DNA from: Candidatus Heimdallarchaeota archaeon
GTDB lineage: Archaea > Asgardarchaeota > Heimdallarchaeia > Hodarchaeales > Hodarchaeaceae
DNA: 64,000 bases
Assembly: GCA_020353515.1 (NCBI GenBank)
Contig: CP070695.1
Location: forward strand, 2,969,231-3,033,230
Reading direction: 5' to 3'
Position numbers and translations under genes: made by a program. Below the pieces are notes generated by a model. The model saw nothing but the letters and a program-made list of their open reading frames with translations, was not told the DNA's origin and made no database searches. The first letter of the stretch is position 1; each line of letters starts with the position of its first letter. Positions 57,654 to 64,000 of the stretch are shown piece by piece.

Positions 57654-59006
57654 TTATTGTTCAGTGAAAGATGCTACTTCATTAGTTCCGAAATTTATTT
57701 TGATATTCTCGCTACTGCCTTCTGTTGGTTTGAACCTCATAGACAGAGTAAAGAAAAAGACGGATATTATTCCCATTGATCCTAAGATAAATGCAGTGGT
57801 TGAAATCCCTAAGTTTTTAATTAAAGAACCTCCAATAATCGCAACGGGGGCACTTGTGATTAATAACAAAGTTGGTATTAATGAATAGATTGAATTTCTA
57901 TTTTGATCGGGTATCGAGTCCAAGAAGAACCTTGAGTTTAAAATCATCTTAAGACCATGAAAAAAGTAAATAGGAGTGTAAAATAGCATAAAGGAGAAAA
58001 TAGCTAAGGGATTGAAGGTGTTTGTGTCAAGGGGAAACCAAGTGGTTAAAATGGCAACCCCCCAGTAAAATAATACTGTATCAATAAAGGTCAAACTGGG
58101 AATCCAAGTAATTTCCATATTAACAGCTACTTTTGAGGCCAAAAAAATTGAAACAGATCCCAATAGTAAGATAACAAGTCTCATAAGCCCAACACCACCA
58201 TCAGATCCTGTATAAGACAAATATACTGGAAATAACATCATTTCAACCCATACTATAACAACTGTACTGCTGAAGCATAAACCTAATAAGAAAAAAAGCA
58301 TAGTCTTGTTGAAAAATGCAAAATGAAGCCCACCACCTAACAATTTGAAATAATTCGTAATAGATCTTCGTGGACGTTCAATCCCAGGAAAATCTCTGAC
58401 AATAATTAAAAAAACAATAGCGAACAAAGCCAGTCCTGCTGCTTGAATAAGAAAAACGGCTTGTCTGTAAAAAATTGTAGCAAGTATCCCTCCAAGAGCA
58501 GTTGCAATTCCAGGTACTATATTACCAATAGCAGTCCATCTTCCACTCAGGAATTTGTAAATTTTCCTTTCAGGATCACTTTTATCAGCTACTACCTTAT
58601 AGTTATTGTCAAACCAAGTGTCAATAGCACCAGATTGTTGAGATGCTGCAATCGCTTTAAGGATATATGCAATCAGGAGGGTAGAGAATGAATCAGCAAA
58701 AAATAACGAAATATAAGCTATAGCCTCTAGAAAAAATCCAGTGAAAAGGATCCAACGTTGGCCAATCCAATCACCAAAGGCTCCACTTGGATAATCTAGA
58801 AGAGCCTGTAGAACAAAACTCACAGCAATAAGCACACCTAATAGCTCGATACCCACCAAATCAATCACAAAAAGGGCAAAAAAGGCAGAAGAGAGAGTCC
58901 AGAATAATCCGAGAATCATGGTAGAATAAAATACTTTCATCACGAACTTTTGTGCCCTATCAGGGAGTTCTTGAATGCCTAGAAATGTATTCAAAAATCT
59001 AAACAC
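57654..59006 (-). CDS. MFS transporter
   Basis: DYPSGAFGDWIGQR, SGAIDTWF, about 12 TM. Confidence 0.88.
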   Translation of the reverse strand: MFRFLNTFLGIQELPDRAQKFVMKVFYSTMILGLFWTLSSAFFALFVIDLVGIELLGVLIAVSFVLQALLDYPSGAFGDWIGQRWILFTGFFLEAIAYISLFFADSFSTLLIAYILKAIAASQQSGAIDTWFDNNYKVVADKSDPERKIYKFLSGRWTAIGNIVPGIATALGGILATIFYRQAVFLIQAAGLALFAIVFLIIVRDFPGIERPRRSITNYFKLLGGGLHFAFFNKTMLFFLLGLCFSSTVVIVWVEMMLFPVYLSYTGSDGGVGLMRLVILLLGSVSIFLASKVAVNMEITWIPSLTFIDTVLFYWGVAILTTWFPLDTNTFNPLAIFSFMLFYTPIYFFHGLKMILNSRFFLDSIPDQNRNSIYSLIPTLLLITSAPVAIIGGSLIKNLGISTTAFILGSMGIISVFFFTLSMRFKPTEGSSENIKINFGTNEVASFTEQ

Positions 59007-59129
59007 TGTTGTCTTATTCCTAAAGGTATTTTTAGATAAACTAACCCAAATATGCTCTTGATAAATTCAGGAATGTGAAATAACCTAAGAGACTTAAAAG
59101 AATATTTGATCTGGTAATATATTCAATAT

Positions 59130-60260
59130 TTAAGACTCAGGAAAAGTTACTTCAAAGTATTGCTCCTTCGATAATTTAAGGGGCTGTAACTGAATCCAAT
59201 CATTATATTTTGGCGGTCCAAAGCAAATATTGAGGGAAAGATTAGTCAAATCAGTGAGAAGGGAGTACATCGTCCCAAAACCTTCTTGATAAAGATGAGC
59301 ACTTGGACCATTAGGATACTCTTGACTAAATAGGTCTTTGAGTTGCTGGGTATTAATATTTGGTTGATGCCTCTGTACAAAATTTTTAAGCAAACTTTTA
59401 CGGGTCATTGAATTTTGTAGAAATGGTTCACCATTCAAAATGCCATCATTGTATGAATTATATGGAACCATTTCTGGGTTGAGATAGTGATTCGTGGCGT
59501 ATAAGTATTGAAATTCAGAGCTCTCATCGATGATGTCGATACTATATTTACCATCAAGCCATTCAACACGGATCGCATTACCCCCTTGATCAGCAATTGA
59601 AAAAATATAGGGAAAGCTAACAGGAAGCTCTTTAATAAGGTCAATTGCTTGATCAATACTTGCACATTGTTCAAGTATGGCCCGAACAAAAACTGCAAGA
59701 CCGAATCCTCGAGTTGTTAAGGGATATGCAAAAGCTCCTCCATTACTGATGAAAATCCCTAAACCTTTCTCATTAAAACCATTACCTCTACCAAATCCAA
59801 ACCCCATGAAAGCAAAATGTTTTAATTTCTGGTCAACTTGACTGGTGACGAAAGTAAAGTCCTCTAATGGATCAAGATAAGACCATTCATTTGAATAAGC
59901 TACAATTGTGTTATTTAGTGAGGTCAGCTTCGGTAAAAGCGTTAGAACTGAACAATTTCGTGGAATATCATATGCTGTCTGAAAAAACTGGATTTTTTTA
60001 GGATTAAGGTTCAATCCATCACAAAAACCTTGAATTTCGTCTATTATTCCAGGACAAGCCACTTCTATAGAGCTTTTGAAATCATTAAAGCTATTAAAAC
60101 CAAATTTTTTGAATTTAACTATATTATTTGAGATAAGAGATCGTTTATTAGGAAATTTGTCAATATTCTTTGCAACAGTGTATCCAACATCATATGAGGA
60201 GCCTTTGAGGACTGTTAGATAATATTTTTTCTTAATTAAATTCTTTTCATTCTTCTCCAA
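59130..60260 (-). CDS. C45 family Ntn peptidase/acyltransferase
   Basis: DEIQGF, NCS (nucleophile Cys), GFNEKGL, ATNHY. Confidence 0.85.
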   Translation of the reverse strand: MEKNEKNLIKKKYYLTVLKGSSYDVGYTVAKNIDKFPNKRSLISNNIVKFKKFGFNSFNDFKSSIEVACPGIIDEIQGFCDGLNLNPKKIQFFQTAYDIPRNCSVLTLLPKLTSLNNTIVAYSNEWSYLDPLEDFTFVTSQVDQKLKHFAFMGFGFGRGNGFNEKGLGIFISNGGAFAYPLTTRGFGLAVFVRAILEQCASIDQAIDLIKELPVSFPYIFSIADQGGNAIRVEWLDGKYSIDIIDESSEFQYLYATNHYLNPEMVPYNSYNDGILNGEPFLQNSMTRKSLLKNFVQRHQPNINTQQLKDLFSQEYPNGPSAHLYQEGFGTMYSLLTDLTNLSLNICFGPPKYNDWIQLQPLKLSKEQYFEVTFPES

Positions 60261-60740
60261 ATCAATTCACATCCAAATTTGAAAAATTAGATCAGATCCC
60301 AAAACATCTATTTAAAAGATTTAAAATTGAATTCCGTATGGTTCCATTTTGTAAGCTGGAGGGCCAGCTAGAGGGCATGTATGCTTCACACCTCAAACTT
60401 TATTCTCTTCCAAGGTTAAATTGAGGTTTATAGCTATCAATTTCATTGTAAGATTGAGTTAGTTAATAAGGATTTCGTTTAGGGTATCTATTCCTAAATC
60501 AAAGGAGAATTGATTATTCTCTCCCTAATAGAAGAAATTTCGATCAATTTCTTTGTTCAAAATTTAATGAAGAGAAAGATAATACTATCGAGTTTAATTG
60601 CTTGATAACTAAAAACCCAAGTTTTAACAGATTTTGCACTAATTTTTCATTTAATTAATTATATTTTGGAGATATTTACCGTTTAAGACACTAAATAACT
60701 AGATTAAAAAAGAAATCACCCTCCTTTTTTGCGTGTTTTT

Positions 60741-61013
60741 TCAGCTTTCTGGTATTTCTTCACGAGAAATTTCAATAACGACTGGTCGTTTGGGATCTGG
60801 ACAACATCGTGAGTGAGTGTTATCCTTAAACCAAGGAAAACTCCCACCTGATTGCATCACTCTAATTGTAGGATAGATGGAGTTATAAGCCGATTGACAC
60901 AATTTACCGACATCTTCGGGAAAAGAAAACACTTCTCCTACTTTATGACCCCGAGGACAAGTTTTATCGCCAAGAATATCAGTAATTTCTAATTTAATTT
61001 TATAATTCGTCAT
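60741..61013 (-). CDS. TIGR04076 family protein
   Basis: CPRGHKVGE, LCQSAY, FPW, CCPD. Confidence 0.85.
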   Translation of the reverse strand: MTNYKIKLEITDILGDKTCPRGHKVGEVFSFPEDVGKLCQSAYNSIYPTIRVMQSGGSFPWFKDNTHSRCCPDPKRPVVIEISREEIPES

Positions 61014-61180
61014 TTTCTTCGTAACCTTCTCTTATTTTTAGGAATGAATTCGCAAAGGAACAATTGTTTTTAGTTTTTGTGTAACTTGTTCACCATCAAA
61101 GCATTGAGTGATCCAAACAGTCAGTAAATTTTGGCTAGAAGAAAAGACAAATCGTCTTCAAAAATCGTCAAAAGAAGATA

Positions 61181-62008
61181 TTAGTTAAAATTCGATCCAC
61201 GACCGTTAAGAGAACTCTGAGCTGAAATATGCTTGATTGCCCAGATAATGATCACAACAGCAATCAAAATGGCTCCTGTAGAAAAGATTAAATTAACAGA
61301 TTCCTCGAACGTAAGAGCAGCTCCCATAGTTAGGATGCCAAAGGCAATCGCAACGAAAAATAAAGGGTCACGTGAGGAATGACGTGAAAAATAATAAGTT
61401 AGAGACAAAGCAACTGAAATGAATCCAATAGGTAAGATAAGTTCTACTGCATCATGGAAAGTTAGAGCAAATCCAAAAGCTACAATTGCGAAAGCAATCG
61501 CAACGAAAAATGACGGATCACGATGGGATTGTTGCGCAAAATAATATGTGAGAGTCAATCCAACAACCATAAAACCAAATGGTAGAATGATAGAAACAGC
61601 ATCGTCAATCATTAATGAAAAACCGATTGTTAGAACACCAAAAATAATGGCAACAAAAAAAGAAACATCACGTTCAGATTGCCGAGAAGCAAGAAATGCA
61701 CATGAGATACCGATGACTATGAATGTTATTGGTAGAATTATATCAAAGGAGTCGGGGATAATTAGGGAAATTGAAAAGGCTATTATCAAAACACCAACAG
61801 CCAATACAATGTAATAAGATACTTGGGTCTGTTGTTGAGGAGTTAACTTACGGAAGGGAAGATCACGTGATATCTGTTCACGAGCTTGTTTTTTCAACAT
61901 TTCAATCTTAGTAACATCAGTAGGGGAGTCGGTCAGTTTACTACCACATACTGGACAGAAGATAGAACCATCCTCATTAGCAGAGCCACAATTCTCACAG
62001 AAACTCAT
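61181..62008 (-). CDS. Zinc-ribbon membrane protein with internal about 50-aa helical-hairpin repeats
   Basis: CENCG..CPVCG; three copies of ILP.(G/T)F..RD(P/V).FFVAI.F. Confidence 0.8.
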   Translation of the reverse strand: MSFCENCGSANEDGSIFCPVCGSKLTDSPTDVTKIEMLKKQAREQISRDLPFRKLTPQQQTQVSYYIVLAVGVLIIAFSISLIIPDSFDIILPITFIVIGISCAFLASRQSERDVSFFVAIIFGVLTIGFSLMIDDAVSIILPFGFMVVGLTLTYYFAQQSHRDPSFFVAIAFAIVAFGFALTFHDAVELILPIGFISVALSLTYYFSRHSSRDPLFFVAIAFGILTMGAALTFEESVNLIFSTGAILIAVVIIIWAIKHISAQSSLNGRGSNFN

Positions 62009-62394
62009 TGTTAAGACACCATACCAATTATCTTATAATAAGCACTTCACCAATAGGCAATCATCATCAATAATATAAAAAAACTAATTTTGAGGCAACA
62101 ATATACACCTCTTAATAGGCTAATATGTTAATTGGCAAGTTAACCTGTAAGAATATATCAGATAATTATACATTGATAACGAAATTCAGTCGAAAGAATT
62201 AGCCATGACCTACTGATAATATTAACTAGCTTTTATACGTCAAATATCAATATGCTCTATAAAATTCTACAATTTAATTTTTATCATTTTGGTAACAAGT
62301 TCTCCCTTGATTATTCTCCACCGATGATGCTTCATTTGAGTTAAAGTATTAATATGTTGTATCACATCTTTCTTTAATCATCATCTGCTTCTTA

Positions 62395-63741
62395 TTGGTG
62401 AATATTTTGGAAGGAGAATCAGAAGAGTTTAGAATAAAAAGTATAAGCCCACGAAACTGGTTCATTATCTTCATCTTGGGCATTTCAGGACAAATTGCTT
62501 GGGCAGTAGAGAATTCCTGGTTCAACACATTTGTGTTTGATGAGTTAACTCCCAATCCTCAACCTGTTGCATGGATGGTTGCGGTAAGTGCCATTACTGC
62601 TACTGTGACAACTTATATCATAGGTTCTCTTTCAGATAGAACCAAATCTAGGTGGGGACGTCGTAAACCCTTTTTAGTAGCGGGTTATTTCTTTTGGGGG
62701 ATAACTACAGCTCTATTTCCTACCGTCTCGTGGATTGATGATGTTGGTATTGCAGTTGTTATGGTGATAATTGCTGATGCAATTATGACTTTTTTTGGTT
62801 CTACTGCTAATGATGCAGCTTATAATGCCTGGGTAACAGATATAACTGATCCAACCAACAGGGGACGTTTACAAGGTATAATTTCAACGACTACATTGTT
62901 AGCTAATCTTATTGCTCTTGGAGCTGCTGGGTTTGTTATTGATGCTTTTGGGTATTTTGTCTTTTTCTATGTGCTTGGAGGCATAGTTACCTTAACAGGA
63001 ATTATTACTGCTATTGTGTTGAAAGAATCTGTTTCTACAACCGAAAATCGGGCTACAAGAAAACCTATTCTTCAAGATTTAATTGATACCTTGAAACCTT
63101 CGACAGTAAAAGAAAACAAATTATTGTACTTATTATTCGGTTATATGGCTTTAACGGGAATAGCATCAAATATTTCCTTCCCGTATCAATTTATCTATTT
63201 CGAACATCACTTGGGCTTCACAAAATCCGAAATTAGTATAATAGGAGCCGCGATTATTATGATTGCTGTTATAGTTTCAATTTTCTATGGTTTTATAAGT
63301 CATAAATTCAATAGAAAAGTTGTACTGTTTATACTACCCATTCTAGGACTAATTCCAGGCATTGGATTTATGTTAGTCCAAACAGCAGATATTTTTCTTA
63401 TTATTCTGGTCGCAGGATCAAGTATAAGTCTGGGGATGATTTCAGGAATAACTCTTGGCGCGTGGATACAAGACAACTATCCATCAGGGAATATAGGTAG
63501 ATTTCAAGGTGTACGTATGATTTTCTTTGTCCTTATCCCTATGGTGATAGGCCCCCCAATCGGTGCGTTTGTTATCGAAACGTTCGGAGTACCAACCATT
63601 TTGAATGGCGAACCTGGGTTTATCCCTCCACCAGAAATCTTTCTTGCTAGTACTCTTTTTTCTCTGATTGCAATTGTTATTCTTTTCTTTATAACCATGG
63701 AGCAAGGTTTAGAACATCTAAAAAGAGGGAAGGAGGCCTAA
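62395..63741 (+). CDS. MFS transporter (GPH-like sugar transporter)
   Basis: GSLSDRTKSRWGRRKPF, NDAAYNAWVTD; adjacent to a GH2 gene. Confidence 0.9.
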   Translation: MVNILEGESEEFRIKSISPRNWFIIFILGISGQIAWAVENSWFNTFVFDELTPNPQPVAWMVAVSAITATVTTYIIGSLSDRTKSRWGRRKPFLVAGYFFWGITTALFPTVSWIDDVGIAVVMVIIADAIMTFFGSTANDAAYNAWVTDITDPTNRGRLQGIISTTTLLANLIALGAAGFVIDAFGYFVFFYVLGGIVTLTGIITAIVLKESVSTTENRATRKPILQDLIDTLKPSTVKENKLLYLLFGYMALTGIASNISFPYQFIYFEHHLGFTKSEISIIGAAIIMIAVIVSIFYGFISHKFNRKVVLFILPILGLIPGIGFMLVQTADIFLIILVAGSSISLGMISGITLGAWIQDNYPSGNIGRFQGVRMIFFVLIPMVIGPPIGAFVIETFGVPTILNGEPGFIPPPEIFLASTLFSLIAIVILFFITMEQGLEHLKRGKEA

Positions 63742-63743
63742 AA

Positions 63744-64000
63744 ATGAGTTCCCAGGACTGGCATCCTGTTCCAGGGCAATTAATAACTCGTTGGGTAAAA
63801 GATCTTGATCCTTTAAACCCGTTACCAGATTATCCTCGACCACAACTATGTCGAGAAGAGTGGTTGAATCTTAATGGATTTTGGGATTATGCTGTTCGTC
63901 CAAAAAAACATACTGAAATTAATTCGTACGATGGAAAAATACTAGTACCCTTTCCTCTTGAATCCGCTCTATCTGGGGTAAAGAAGAAATTATCTCATAA
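63744..64000 (+). CDS. Glycoside hydrolase family 2, N-terminal part (runs off the window)
   Basis: Manual translation MSSQDWHP..LITRW..YPRPQL.R..WLNLNGFWDY..ILVPFPLESALSGV; GGAGG RBS. Confidence 0.85.
   Translation, partial: MSSQDWHPVPGQLITRWVKDLDPLNPLPDYPRPQLCREEWLNLNGFWDYAVRPKKHTEINSYDGKILVPFPLESALSGVKKKLSH

Noticed and set aside
301-63705. Numerous short antisense or overlapping ORFs in the six-frame track (e.g. 10985..11431, 22775..23125, 31327..31713, 47546..47893)
   Set aside because: Shadow ORFs opposite or inside well-supported genes, with no motifs.
1-64000. CRISPR arrays, tRNA/rRNA, transposases, integrases, defence systems
   Set aside because: No regularly spaced repeats, cloverleafs or corresponding protein motifs seen by eye; a short tRNA or sRNA could have been missed.

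Overview
AT-rich (roughly one-third GC) archaeal chromosomal window, most likely from an Asgard archaeon (Heimdallarchaeia/Hodarchaeales-like). This is inferred from a longin-like protein, a lineage-typical expanded wHTH family, a DUF63 protein, TATA-type promoters and GGTGA/AGGAG ribosome-binding sites. It holds about 60 mostly accessory or metabolic genes: a decayed arsenic-resistance operon, a CadC-CadA heavy-metal module, an operon of a longin-like gene, an hdrA-mvhD fusion, mvhG and mvhA (group 3c [NiFe] hydrogenase, no hdrBC), three radical SAM enzymes, metF, PLP enzymes, an FtsX/MacB-type ABC system, a DRG-like GTPase and several secreted C-terminally anchored repeat proteins. I found no rRNA, tRNA, CRISPR array or transposase. 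Most notable: (1) a eukaryotic-signature longin-like gene heading the hydrogenase operon; (2) a PAS-HisKA-HATPase pseudo-kinase with Tyr in place of the phospho-His; (3) a multi-hairpin candidate ncRNA at about 48.04-48.19 kb; (4) a wHTH regulator present as both an in-frame split pair and a fused tandem; (5) a WD40/serine beta-lactamase-fold surface fusion; (6) several readable deletion or frameshift scars. All family calls come from motif recognition by eye, not database searches.
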